From an uncultured Actinomycetota bacterium (GTDB lineage Bacteria > Actinomycetota > Actinomycetes > Actinomycetales > Microbacteriaceae), in the NCBI GenBank assembly GCA_963716965.1, contig CAVQUZ010000001.1, forward strand, positions 524,061 through 588,060: a stretch of 64,000 nucleotides of DNA, in the 5' to 3' direction. Each line of letters begins with the position of its first letter. Positions within the stretch are counted from its first letter, which is position 1. A model generated the notes under the pieces. That model did no database searches. It was not told the origin of the DNA and was given only the letters and a program-made list of their open reading frames with translations. Shown here in pieces: positions 39,221-49,695 of this stretch. Made by a program: the position numbers and the translations under genes.

Positions 39221-41772
39221 CTACGACCGTGCGCTCACGAGCTCGTCGGCGTGCGTGCCGGGGAGCGGATGCGTCCGCTCGAGCTGACGCGCCCTCGACG
39301 TCGACGTCCGGGCAGGATCCGGTCGAGCCACTTCGGGAACCACCAGGCCGAGCGGCCGAGCAGGTGCATCGCCGCCGGGATCAGCAGCATCCGCACGATG
39401 AACGCGTCGGCCAGTACGCCGAACGCGAGTCCGAAGCCGATCGGCCGGATGGTCGGCGGAGTCGGAGAAGATGAAGCCCGAGAAGACCGAGATCATGATG
39501 ATCGCTGCCGCGGTCGACGACCGGTCGTCCCGCGTGCAGGCCCCGCTGCACGGCGAGCTTCGCGCCGGCGCCGTGCACGTACGACTCGCGCATGCCCGAC
39601 ACCAGGAACAGCTGGTAGTCCATGGCGAGGCCGAACAGGATGCCGATCTCGATGATGGGCAGGAAGCTCAGGATCGGTGCCGGGATCGTGCACCCCGAAG
39701 ATCTGGTGCAGCCAGCCGAACTGGTAGATCGCGGTCAAACCCCCGAACGTCGCGAAGAGCGACAGCACGAAACCCGCGGTCGCGGTGATCGGCACGAGGA
39801 GGGACCGGAACACGATGATCAGGATGATGAGCGAAAGGCCGACGACCACGACGAGGTAGAGCGGCAGGACGCCGGCCGAGGCTCTCGGAGATGTCGATGT
39901 TCGCGCTCGCGTTGCCGGCCACGCCCAGGGTCACGGCTTCCGGCGACTAGTCGTGACGGGGGAGAGGTCGCGCAGGTCGTGGACGAGGGTCTCGGTCGCT
40001 TCGGACGACGGGCCGCGTCGTCGGCAGGACCTGGAACGCGATGACCGTCCTGTCGGTGGACTGGCCGATCGGCAGCGACCGCGGCGACGTGGGACTGCGC
40101 GCGGATCTTCTCGCCGATCGTCGACCTCCAGCTGGAGAAGCGGTGTGCCCGTCGTCGCCTTCGGCAGGTCCGCGACGACGAGCAACGGACTGTTCTGGCC
40201 CGGCCCGAACGAGGCGGCCGTCACCTGGTACGCCTTGTACTGCGCTGGAGATCGACGGCTTCCGAAGAGCCCATCGGCAGGCCGAGCCGGATGTGCATTG
40301 CGGGCAGCTGCGATGACGCCGAGCACCGCCACGCCGGCGACGAGCGTCGCGATCGCCCGCCACGTCGCCATCGGCTTGGTCGGCACGCGAGTCGCATGCG
40401 GGTGGCCGATCGTCGGCGCGCTCCTTCTTGCGCAGCATGCGCATCCCCACGAGCGACAGCAGCGCCGGCGTGAAGGTGATGGCGATGAGCACGGCGACCG
40501 CGACGGCCAGCGCGCCGACCGTGCCCATGAGTCCGAGGAACGGGATGCCGGTGATGTTGAGGGCGAGCAGTGCGACGATCGACGGTCGAGCCCGCGAACA
40601 CGACCGCGTTGCCCGAGGTGCCATTGGCGAGTCCGATCGACTCGTGCACGGACATGCCCTGTTTCAGCTGTGTCCGGTGCCGGTTCAGGATGAAGAGCGA
40701 GTAATCGATGCCGACCGCGATCCCGAGCATCAGCGCGAGCACGGGCGTGACGGAGACGAACTGCGACGATGCTCGAGAACGAGAGCGCGGCGAGGAGTGC
40801 GACTCCGACCCCGAACAGTGCGCTGATGAGCGGAAGCACCGCGCCGATGACGGTCGAGAGGATGACGAGCAGCACGATCGCGGCGACCAGTAAGCCGACG
40901 ACCTCGCCGGGGCCGATCACCGATGGCACACCCTCCGCGATGTCGTTCGAGACGTAGACGTGCACGCCGCCGATGGCGGCATCGGCAGCCCTGGCCTCGA
41001 TGGCGGTTTTCGTCGCCTGCGGCACCTCGGTCGTCGCTTTCGTGAACCGGACGGTCGCGATGGCCGCAGTGCCGTCGGTGGAGACCAGCCGGACGTTCGT
41101 CGAGAGCGCCAGCAGCCGGGTGCCGAGCGCCAGCTTGGTCTCGTTCGTCGCGAGCCTCGTCCGGTTCGAGTCGATCGTCTTCTGACCGGCGTCGAGGGCC
41201 TTCTGCTGCGCATCGATCTGCGCCTGGCCCGCATCGATCCGGGCCTGCACGAAGGCGAGCTGACCGGCTGCCTCGGCCTGCGCCCTCTGTGCGTCGAGCT
41301 GCTGCTGCGCCGCGTCCAACCGCTTCCGGCCGGCGTCGAGCTTCGCCTGCGCGGCGTCCAGCTGCTTCTTGCCGTCGGCGATCTGTTTCGTACCGTCCGC
41401 GGTCTGCTTCCGCTGATCGTCGAGTTTCCGCTGTGACGAGAAGGGGTTCACGGTCGCCCGGACACCCGGCAGGTCGCCGATTTCGGAGAGGAGCGACTCC
41501 ACGCCGGCCTTCTGCGCGCTCGTGAAGGCGTTCCCGGTCGACGTCTCGAACACGATGCCGCCCGAGCCGCCGCTCGCGGACGGGAACTTCTTCGCGAGCT
41601 CGTCGGTGACCTTGCTCGTCGCTGTGCCTGGGATCGAGATCGACGACGAGATCGAGCCGCCGAACAGCGCGTAGCCGACGCCCGCGAGCGCGAGTATCAG
41701 CAGCCACGAGACGATGACGGTCCAGCGACGTCGGGCCGCGAATCGCCCGAGTCGGTAGAGGAGGCCTGCCAT
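39221..41772 (-). pseudogene. MMPL-family (RND-type) transporter, disrupted by at least seven frameshifts
   Basis: The N-terminal 338 aa is intact (coiled-coil periplasmic domain, LPLISALFGVGVALLAALSFSSIVAV). Conserved MMPL segments then appear in alternating frames (MLALMLGIAVGIDYSLFIL, ALLALNITGIPFLGLMGTVGALAVAVAVLIAITFTPALLSL, LVVGLSLIILIIVFRSLLVPITATAGF, MDYQLFLVSGMRESYVHG, MISVFSGFIFSDS), separated by Arg-rich nonsense. Confidence 0.75.
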
Positions 41773-41791
41773 GGCGGGGCCCTTCCTTCGT

Positions 41792-42430
41792 TCAGTCGGG
41801 GGCGTATCCGGAGCGGATGCGCACGAGCAGGCGGTCGAGCAGTGCGGACCATTCGGCCAGTGACGCCGGGTCGAGGCGTCCGCCGGTCGTCCGGATCCAG
41901 TGCTCGGCGAGCACGGCGATGCCGTGGATCAGCGAGCTCACGAGCAGTTCGGCGTCGAGCGGGTCGACGCCCGGGTTCCGGCGCTCGACCTCGGCGAGCA
42001 GTCGGTCGCCGACTCGGGCGAACGCCGCCTCCGACAGGTCGAAGGCCCGTGCGGTCGAGGTGTCGGGGCCCCCGAGGATGCGCAGGAGTGCGACGATCGC
42101 GTCGGGCAGATGCGAGGCACGGATCGCGGTCTCGAGTTCGTCGAACATCGAGGACGGGGTGCCGTCGCCGACCGGGATCTCGGACACCGTCGTCAGGAAG
42201 TCGTCGACGATGATCGCGAGCACATCGGCGCACACCGTCAGCAGCACGTCGTCCATGCCGGCGAAATGGTTGAAGACCGTCCGTCGGGCGACGTCCGCCT
42301 TCGCAGCGAGATCGTCCACGCTGAATGACGGACCACCGCGCTCGTCGATGAGTGCGCGGGCGGCGTCCAGGATCGCGTCCCGATGCCGCAGCTTGAGCGC
42401 CAGACGGCGATCGGGCACGGCGAGGGTCAC
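41792..42430 (-). CDS. TetR/AcrR family regulator, first gene of the tetR-mmpL operon
   Basis: 212 aa with an N-terminal HTH (FSVDDLAAKADVARRTVFNHFAGMDDVLL). It ends 20 nt upstream of the MMPL start. Confidence 0.85.
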   Translation of the reverse strand: MTLAVPDRRLALKLRHRDAILDAARALIDERGGPSFSVDDLAAKADVARRTVFNHFAGMDDVLLTVCADVLAIIVDDFLTTVSEIPVGDGTPSSMFDELETAIRASHLPDAIVALLRILGGPDTSTARAFDLSEAAFARVGDRLLAEVERRNPGVDPLDAELLVSSLIHGIAVLAEHWIRTTGGRLDPASLAEWSALLDRLLVRIRSGYAPD

Positions 42431-42491
42431 AGGATGACACTAAGTGCATCGATGCACTCAGTGCACCGATGCGCGGGTGTGTCGTCCGAGA

Positions 42492-43950
42492 TCAGGCCTC
42501 CGTCTGCTCGAGCACCGCCTCCGCTCGACCTGGACCGCCATCGGCGAGGCCGCGGTCGATCGCGCCGCGAGACGCGAGCCACATGCCGATGCCGACCAGG
42601 AACACGATGACCTCGGTGACGGTCAGCGCCCAGATGATGCCGGCCAGCCCGAACCAGAGGTTGCCGAGAATCACGATCGGGATGAACAGGATGCCCTGCG
42701 CCATCGACATGACGATCGCCGGCGTCGCCCGCCCCGTGGCCTGGAAGAGCGACGTGATCAGACCGGTGAAGCCGTTCGCGATCATCGCCACGAGCTGGGC
42801 GGTGAGGATCGTGACGCCGATCGCGAGCACCGAGGGGTCGGCCGAGAAGGCGGCGAGCACCTGGTCGCGCAGCACGAAGACGGTCACGGCGAAGATCGAG
42901 GCTGATGCCGCCGACGGTGATCGCCGATGCGCGCAGCGCCGAGGAGAGACGGTGCCGGTCGCCCTTGCCGTAGGAGTAGGCGAGCAGCGGCAGCACGCCG
43001 AGCGTGACGCCCATCACCAGGAACTCCGGCACCTGGGCGATGCGGACCGCGACGCCCATGGCGGCGAGCGGGCCGTCGCCGTAGCTGGACCGCGAGGTTG
43101 TTGAGCACGAGCGAGGTGACGATCAGGAAGGCCGACTGCAGCAGCTCGCCGACGCCGACGCCGAAGACCGGCTTGATCACCGCGGGCGAGAGGGTGAACC
43201 AGCGCGGCGCGAGGCTGACGTGCTCGCTGTGCCGCTGCAGCCAGAAGACGAAGTAGGCGACGGTGACGCAGGTTCGCGAGACCGGTCGACAGCGCGGCGC
43301 CGGCGACTCCCCAGTGCAGCACCAGGATGAACAGGACGTCGAAGACGAGGTTCGCGATCGTCGAGGCGATGAGCCCGATCATCGCCTGACGCGACGGCGC
43401 CCTCGGCCCGCACGAGCTGCTCGAGGCAGAACGCCGCGGCGAGCACGGGGACGAAGGCCAGCATGACGCGCGACGAAGGCGCTCGTCGCGGGGAACGGCG
43501 CCGGCATCGGCGCCGAGCAGCGGTCACGAGCGGGTGCAGCAGCAGCAGGCCGGCGCCGCCGAGCACGGCGCCGACGATCACCGAGCCCCACACGGCGAAC
43601 GACGAGACGTGCTTGATCTCGCCGGCCTTCGCCGGGTCGTGCTCCGAGGCGCCGAGCAGGCGGGAGATGAGCGCGCCGCCGCCGACGCCGAACACGCCGC
43701 CGATCGCCATCACGAGGCCGAGCAGCGGCGAGCCGAACGTGACCGCGGCGAGCAGGACCGTGTCGTGCAGTGAGCCGATGAAGCCGGCGTTGATGACGTT
43801 GTAGACGGCGCCGACGATCATCGCGGCCGCCATCGGCACGCAGAGGTGCACGAGGGCGCGGATGATCGGGGCCGCCGACAGGTACCAGCGGTTCGTGCCC
43901 GGCAGGTCGAGGGGTGGGGCGGAGGCGGATTCGGCGTTCGAGGCGGTCAT
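42492..43950 (-). pseudogene. MATE-family efflux transporter, disrupted by several frameshifts
   Basis: The N-terminal 140 aa is intact (PIIRALVHLCVPMAAAMIVGAVYNVINAGFIGSL). MATE segments follow in other frames (MIGLIASTIANLVFDVLFILVLHWGVAGAALSTGLAN, VFGVGVGELLQSAFLIVTSLVLNNLAV, MGVAVRIAQVPEFLVMGVTLGVLPLLAYSYGKGD, and the C-terminal FVLRDQVLAAFSADPSVLAIGVTILTAQLVAMIANGF...). Confidence 0.7.
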
Positions 43951-44051
43951 GACTGCTCCTTTCGAGCAGGGAGGTGGGCGGGCGCGCCGAAGGGCGCCGG
44001 CGCGGCGGGGGAGATGTGGAACGAGTGCGAGCGGCTGCCGCGCGGGCGGCC

Positions 44052-44501
44052 TTACCGGCTCGGGGGCGGCAGCTCCGCGGTGATCTTGTGCAACAGGGTG
44101 AGCAGGGTCTCCCGCTCGGCGGGACTGAGCGGGGCGAGGATCGTCTCGTCTGCCGCGATCATCGCGTCCTCGAAGCCGGCGATGAGTTCGGCGCCGGCCG
44201 TGGTCGCGTAGACGCGCTTGCTGCGCTCGTCGCCGTCCTCGGTGCGTCGTTCGACGAGGCCGCGCCGCTCGAGCCCCTGCAGGAGGCTCGAGACGCTCGC
44301 CGCGCTGGTGCGGCTCATCCGCGCGATGTCGCGCTGGATCGAGCCGGGGTTCTGGGCGAGATAGCCGAGCGCGAAGCCCTGCTCGAAGCTCAGTTCGCGC
44401 GCTCGGATCCAGTCCTCGGCGGCCTTCCGCTGAGCCCAGCCGATCCAGCGGAGCAGCCCGAGGCTGGTCGTGAAGTGCGGCTCCTCTGCGTCCATGGTCA
44501 C
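44052..44501 (-). CDS. MarR-family transcriptional regulator (upstream of the MATE gene)
   Basis: 149 aa with a wHTH (LSFEQGFALGYLAQNPGSIQRDIARMSRTSAASVSSLLQGLERRGLVERR). Confidence 0.85.
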   Translation of the reverse strand: MTMDAEEPHFTTSLGLLRWIGWAQRKAAEDWIRARELSFEQGFALGYLAQNPGSIQRDIARMSRTSAASVSSLLQGLERRGLVERRTEDGDERSKRVYATTAGAELIAGFEDAMIAADETILAPLSPAERETLLTLLHKITAELPPPSR

Positions 44502-44553
44502 GACTCTAATAGTTAGAGCTCATACTGTCAACGCTCGAAGCGAATTTGCGCGA

Positions 44554-45597
44554 TCAGGTCGCGTCGACCGGCAGCGAATGTCGGGGAGCGGTGGACTCGC
44601 GGGGGATGAGCTGGAAACGCGACAGATACTCGCGCGGCGGCAGCGCAGCCGCCTCCGCACCCCCGACGCGCTCCAGCAGGTAGTCGACGGCGGTCTCGGC
44701 GATCTCGGCGCGACCGGGATCGATCGTGGAGAGTTTCGGCTGCGAATAGCGCGTCTCGTCGAGGTCGTCGAACCCGATGATCGACACGTCTTCCGGCACC
44801 CTGACCCGCGCGTCCTGCAGCGCGCTCATCGCGCCGAGTGCGAGCAGGTCGTTGAACGCGACGATGGCGTCGAACTCGACGCCCGAGTGCAGGAGCTCGC
44901 GCATCGACTGCGCGCCCTGTGCCCGGAACCAGTCGCCGATCTCGACGACCAGGCGCTCGTCGTAGGGCAGCCCGGCCTCGGCGAGCGCCTCGCGGTAGCC
45001 CTGCAGGCGCAGTGCCGAGCTGCCGACGTCCTCGTCGCGGTGTGCGCCGAACGCGACGATCCGCGTGTGGCCGAGCGAGATCAGGTACGCCGTCGCGGCC
45101 CGTGTCGCTTCGGTGTTCTGCATCGTGACGTGGTCGGTCGGGCCGTTGAAGATGCGCTCGCCGAGCAGGACGAGCGGTGTGGTCACATCCGCCAGCAGGT
45201 GGGCGTCGGCGTGCCCGAGGCCGAGGACGCTGTACAGGATGCCGTCGACGAGCGGCGAGCCCGACCCGCGCAGCAGCGCCAGCTCCTTGGCGGGATCGCC
45301 GTCGGACTGCTCGATGATCACGGAGACGCCGCGCTTCTCGGCCGCCCGCATCACGACGGCGGCCAGTTCGGCGAAGTAGGAGTGGCGGATGTCCGGGATG
45401 ATCAGGCTGATCACGCCTGTCCGTCCCGATCGGAGCCCCCTGGCCGACAGGTTCGGCCGGTAGCCGAGCGCTTCGATCGCGTCGAGCACGCGCCGTTTGG
45501 TGTCAGGGCGGATGTGCGGGTGGTCGTTGATGACGTTCGACACGGTCTTGAAGGACACGCCGGCCCGCGCCGCGACGTCGTGCATGGTCACCGCCAC
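44554..45597 (-). CDS. LacI-family transcriptional regulator
   Basis: The N-terminal HTH (VTMHDVAARAGVSFKTVSNVINDHPHIRPDTKRRVLDAIEALGYRPNLSARGL) is followed by a periplasmic-binding-fold sugar domain. Confidence 0.9.
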   Translation of the reverse strand: MAVTMHDVAARAGVSFKTVSNVINDHPHIRPDTKRRVLDAIEALGYRPNLSARGLRSGRTGVISLIIPDIRHSYFAELAAVVMRAAEKRGVSVIIEQSDGDPAKELALLRGSGSPLVDGILYSVLGLGHADAHLLADVTTPLVLLGERIFNGPTDHVTMQNTEATRAATAYLISLGHTRIVAFGAHRDEDVGSSALRLQGYREALAEAGLPYDERLVVEIGDWFRAQGAQSMRELLHSGVEFDAIVAFNDLLALGAMSALQDARVRVPEDVSIIGFDDLDETRYSQPKLSTIDPGRAEIAETAVDYLLERVGGAEAAALPPREYLSRFQLIPRESTAPRHSLPVDAT

Positions 45598-45637
45598 GGC
45601 TGCATCCTCTCATCGAGGATGCAGCCGGTGGGAGTGG

Positions 45638-47155
45638 TCATCCCGTCGTGGCGGTGAGGGTGACGACCGCCCACGCGACCGGCGGCAGTGCAACGGTCAG
45701 CCGGCCGTCCTCGCAAATCTCGACGGGCAGATCCGCGATCGTGATCCGGTCCTGGTCGGCAAGCGTGTTCGCCGCCGAGAAGTCGTCATCGGCGAGCAGA
45801 TGCGCTTCGGCCACCGTGACCGCGCCGAGCGCCCGCACATCCACCTCGATCGAGGTGGTCTCGGTCTGGCTGCGATTGACCAGGAACACGCTCGTCGTCC
45901 CGTCGGCGTGTGTGGCGACCGCGTCGACGACGTCGACGGTGCCGTAGCGCGGCGTCTCGTACCGGTCGGACGTGATCCGGGTGTCGAGCACCTGGCCGGT
46001 GGCGAGGCGCGAGGTGAGGGCGAACGGGTGGAACGTGGTCTGCTTCCAGGCGTCGCCGCCCGGTTCGGTCATGATCGGCGCGATCGCATTCACCAGCTGC
46101 GCGAGGCTGGCCGATGTCACCCGGTCGGCGTGCCGCAGCAGCGAGATCAGCAGGCTGCCGAACACCACGGCGTCGGCGACGGTGTACACGTCCTCGAGCA
46201 GGCGGGGAGCGATCGGCCACGTCTCGATGTCGGTGATCTGGTCCTCGGCGTGGAATCGCGACTGGTACCAGACGTTCCACTCGTCGAACGAGATGTTGAT
46301 CGTCTTGTCGCTGCCGCGCACCGCCTTCACGTGATCGGCGGTCGCCGTCACCGAGTCGATGAAGCGGTCCATGTCCGTCGCCGAGGCGAGGAAGCTCGCG
46401 AGGTCGCCGTCCTTCTCCTCGTAGTACGCGTGGCACGAGATGTAGTCGACGTCGTCGTACGTGTGCTCGAGCACGACCCGTTCCCACGTGCCGAAGGTCG
46501 GCATCGTGCGGCTCGAGCTGCCGCACACGACGAGTTCGAGCCGCCCGTCGATCTGTCGCATCGCCTTCGCGGTCTGGCTGGCGAGCGTGCCGTAGTCCTC
46601 GGCGGTCGCGTGGCCGAGCTGCCACGGCCCGTCCATCTCGTTGCCGAGGCACCACATCCGCACGTCGAACGGGGCGACCGACCCGTTCGCTGCGCGCTGA
46701 TCCGTGAGCGTGGTGCCGGCCGGCACGTTCGCGTATTCGAGCAGCTTGATGGCGTCGCTGACGCCCCTCGTGCCGAGGTTGACGGCGAGCATCAGCTCCG
46801 AACCCGCCTTCTCGATCCACGACGCGAACTCGTGCAGGCCGACCTGGTTCGTCTCGACCGAGTGCCAGGCGAGGTCGAGCCGCGTGGGCCGCTCGTCCTT
46901 CGGGCCGATGCCGTCCTCCCATTCGTACCCCGAGACGAAGTTGCCTCCCGGGTAGCGGATCGTGGAGACGCCGAGCTCCCGCACCAGGTCGAGGACGTCC
47001 TGTCGGAAGCCTTCGGCGTCGGCGGTCGGATGTGTCGGCTCGTAGATGCCCGTGTAGACGCAGCGTCCGAGGTGCTCGACGAACGACCCGAAGAGCCGGC
47101 GGTTGACCGGGGCGATCGGGAATCGCGGATCGACGACAAGTCGGGCGTGCTTCAT
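45638..47155 (-). CDS. Alpha-L-arabinofuranosidase, GH51
   Basis: 505 aa matching AbfA throughout (IRYPGGNFVSGYEWEDGIGP ... WCLGNEMDGPWQLGH with the catalytic acid/base Glu ... ISFDEWNVWY nucleophile region). Confidence 0.9.
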   Translation of the reverse strand: MKHARLVVDPRFPIAPVNRRLFGSFVEHLGRCVYTGIYEPTHPTADAEGFRQDVLDLVRELGVSTIRYPGGNFVSGYEWEDGIGPKDERPTRLDLAWHSVETNQVGLHEFASWIEKAGSELMLAVNLGTRGVSDAIKLLEYANVPAGTTLTDQRAANGSVAPFDVRMWCLGNEMDGPWQLGHATAEDYGTLASQTAKAMRQIDGRLELVVCGSSSRTMPTFGTWERVVLEHTYDDVDYISCHAYYEEKDGDLASFLASATDMDRFIDSVTATADHVKAVRGSDKTINISFDEWNVWYQSRFHAEDQITDIETWPIAPRLLEDVYTVADAVVFGSLLISLLRHADRVTSASLAQLVNAIAPIMTEPGGDAWKQTTFHPFALTSRLATGQVLDTRITSDRYETPRYGTVDVVDAVATHADGTTSVFLVNRSQTETTSIEVDVRALGAVTVAEAHLLADDDFSAANTLADQDRITIADLPVEICEDGRLTVALPPVAWAVVTLTATTG

Positions 47156-48423
47156 GGCTGCTCTTTCGTTCGGGCGGTCGAAGTCGTGGTGGCGGCGGCG
47201 GAGTAGTGGTCGGCGAAGGGCGTGCGCACGCGGGGCAGGCTGCCGAACCCATCGGGCTCGATGCGCCAGAGCCCTGCTCCGTCATCGCCGAAATAGGACT
47301 CGAGCGGCTTCGTCTCGTGGCGGTAGCGCCAGGCGACGGAGTCGAACAACGGCCACCAGGTGTGACCGACGACGGGGACGCCGTCGGCGCGCAGCGCGTC
47401 GATCGCGGCGAGCGACGCGTCGAACCATGCGGCTTTTGCGGCGTCGTCCGCATGGACGTTCGTCTCCGTGAGCATGACCGGGCGGTCGTAGCGCTTCCAG
47501 AAGGCCCTGAGCAGTTCGGACAGGCCGTCCGTCCAGCCGTTCAGCCGTGGGCGGGGGTCCGCGAGCGTGCCGGCGTGCGTCACACCCTGTTCGAACGCCT
47601 CCGTGCTCTGGTGCGGGTAGTAGTTGACGCCCATGACGTCGGGCTGCGCGGTCGTCGCGCGATGCCACTGCAGGCTCGCCTCGGGGAACCCGGCCCGGAG
47701 CAGCCATGGCACGAGCGGATGATCGTCGCCCACTGCCCCGGTCACCAGGTCCTCGACCAGGAAGGCTCGGTGGCGCAGGTGGGCGACGAGGTCCGGTTCC
47801 GCCTCGACGTCGCCGCCGAACCGGTACGACGCCTCGACATGGACGAACGACGCGCGGGCTCCCTGCACGTCTGCGATCGCCTGCTGCGTCAGCACGATTC
47901 CTCGCGTGATCCGCTCGAGGATCCGGACGAATCCGTCGTCGCCGCGGAAGTACGGCGGCCATTCCGCGTACTCGCCGCAGTAGAGCGCGTTCAGCAGCGG
48001 TTCGTTCATCGGCGTGAAGACGTCGAGGCGGTCGCGGTACCGCTCTGCGATCGCGGCACCGTACTCGGCGACGCGCTCGGGATAGGCCGCGTTCGCGAAG
48101 CCGTTCTGGAGCCAGAGCGGGGTGCCGTAGTGCATCAGATCGACGATCGGCGTCAGGCCGAGCTCCGCGAAGCGATCCACGACCCGGTCGAGCCAGCCGA
48201 ACTCCCAGCGGCCCCGCTCCGGATTGACGCGGTACCACGGGACGCCCCAGCGGACCATCGTGGCGCCGGTCTCAGCGGCGAGCGCGAGGTCGGACCACCA
48301 CAGCCGGTCGTGCTGGGTGAGCTCGTACTCGTCGAGCTTCCGCGCACCCGGGGACTCCTCCGCGATGAATGTGTCCTCGATGCCGATCGCGAAGTGGAAC
48401 GAGTCGCCTGCGAAGCGGCTCAC
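47152..48423 (-). CDS. GH1-like glycoside hydrolase, paralog 1
   Basis: GTG in a GTGA overlap with the stop of paralog 2, and its own stop overlaps the GH51 ATG. It has a TIM-barrel glycosidase-like NEP motif (TPMNEPLLNALYCGEYAEWPPY) and a TE(T/N) region (VMLTETNVHADD). It is about 65% identical to paralog 2. Family assignment is tentative. Confidence 0.7.
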   Translation of the reverse strand: MSRFAGDSFHFAIGIEDTFIAEESPGARKLDEYELTQHDRLWWSDLALAAETGATMVRWGVPWYRVNPERGRWEFGWLDRVVDRFAELGLTPIVDLMHYGTPLWLQNGFANAAYPERVAEYGAAIAERYRDRLDVFTPMNEPLLNALYCGEYAEWPPYFRGDDGFVRILERITRGIVLTQQAIADVQGARASFVHVEASYRFGGDVEAEPDLVAHLRHRAFLVEDLVTGAVGDDHPLVPWLLRAGFPEASLQWHRATTAQPDVMGVNYYPHQSTEAFEQGVTHAGTLADPRPRLNGWTDGLSELLRAFWKRYDRPVMLTETNVHADDAAKAAWFDASLAAIDALRADGVPVVGHTWWPLFDSVAWRYRHETKPLESYFGDDGAGLWRIEPDGFGSLPRVRTPFADHYSAAATTTSTARTKEQP

Positions 48424-49679
48424 GCCGGGCGCCCGACGGGTGCCGACTCGAGCGCGTGGGCGCGGAACCGATCGACGAGCGGCGTCCGGACCCGGTGCAG
48501 CACGCCGACGGTGTCGGCTTCGAGGGTCCAGAGTCCGCCGTTGCTGAAGTAGGTCTCGACGGGCGCGGTCTCGTTGCGGTAGGACCATTCGAGCCAGTCG
48601 ATGACCGCCCACCACGTGTAGCCGACGATCGGCATGCCGCCGTCACGCAGCGCACGGACCTTCGCGATCGATGCGTCGAGCCAGTCGGCGCGGACCTCGT
48701 CGCTGCCGGTCGCGCTCGTCTCGGTCAGCATCACCGGCTTGCCGTAGCGGTCGGCGAACCGCCGGAGCAGGTCCTCCATGCCGTCCGTCCACTCGTTGAC
48801 CCGTACCCGCGGATCGCGGACGCTGCCCGACGGCGTCCCTTCGCGCTCGAAGAGCTCGGTCGAGACGAGCGGGTAGTAGTTGACGCCCATCACGTCGGGC
48901 TCGGCGAGGTGTGCACGGTGCCAGTCGAGGCTCGACTGCGGGAAGCCGTTGGCGAGCAGCCACGGCGTGAGCGGATGCGCGTCGTCGACGCGGCCGGTGA
49001 GGAGGTCCTCGATCAGGAACCCGCGCCGCCGCAGGAATTCGACGCGGTCGGTGTGCGATCCCGTCGGGTCCGTGAAGCGGTACCCGGCCTCGACGTGCAC
49101 GAACGTGGCCGCATCGCCCTGCACCTCGGTGATCGCCTGCTGCGTGAGCACGATGCCCCGCGCGATCCGTTCGAGGATCCGCACGAAGCCGTCGTCGCCC
49201 GTGAGGTACGGCGGCCATTCGGCGTCCTCGCCGCAGTACACGACGTTGAGCAACGGCTCGTTCAGCGGTGTCCAGACGTGCAGGGCGTCCCGGTAGCGCT
49301 CGGCCACCTTCGCGGCGTACTCGGCGACCCGCTCGGGGTAGTGCGCGTTCGCGAACTCGTTCTCGAGCCAGAGCGGGGTCCCGTAGTGCATCAGGTCGAC
49401 GATCGGGGTGAGCTCCAGGTCCTGGAACCGGGCGACCACGCGATCGAGCCAGGAGAAGTCCCACGTGCCTGGTGCCGGGTTCACCCGGTACCAGGGGATG
49501 CCCCAGCGCACCATCGTGGCGCCCGACTCCGCGGCGAGGCCGAGGTCGGCGTGCCAGTAGTGGGAGTGCTGCGTGATCTCGTACTCGTCGAGCTTGCGTT
49601 TCCCGAGTGCCTCCTGCGGGATGAACGTGTCCTCGATCCCGACCGCGAACCGCAGTTCCGGCGCTTCGAACCACTTCAT
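48420..49679 (-). CDS. GH1-like glycoside hydrolase, paralog 2
   Basis: MKWFEAPELRFAVGIEDTF ... TPLNEPLLNVVYCGEDAEWPPY ... VMLTETSATGSD. This is a tandem duplicate of the downstream gene. Confidence 0.7.
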   Translation of the reverse strand: MKWFEAPELRFAVGIEDTFIPQEALGKRKLDEYEITQHSHYWHADLGLAAESGATMVRWGIPWYRVNPAPGTWDFSWLDRVVARFQDLELTPIVDLMHYGTPLWLENEFANAHYPERVAEYAAKVAERYRDALHVWTPLNEPLLNVVYCGEDAEWPPYLTGDDGFVRILERIARGIVLTQQAITEVQGDAATFVHVEAGYRFTDPTGSHTDRVEFLRRRGFLIEDLLTGRVDDAHPLTPWLLANGFPQSSLDWHRAHLAEPDVMGVNYYPLVSTELFEREGTPSGSVRDPRVRVNEWTDGMEDLLRRFADRYGKPVMLTETSATGSDEVRADWLDASIAKVRALRDGGMPIVGYTWWAVIDWLEWSYRNETAPVETYFSNGGLWTLEADTVGVLHRVRTPLVDRFRAHALESAPVGRPA

Positions 49680-49695
49680 GTGCGTCGTGCTCCTT

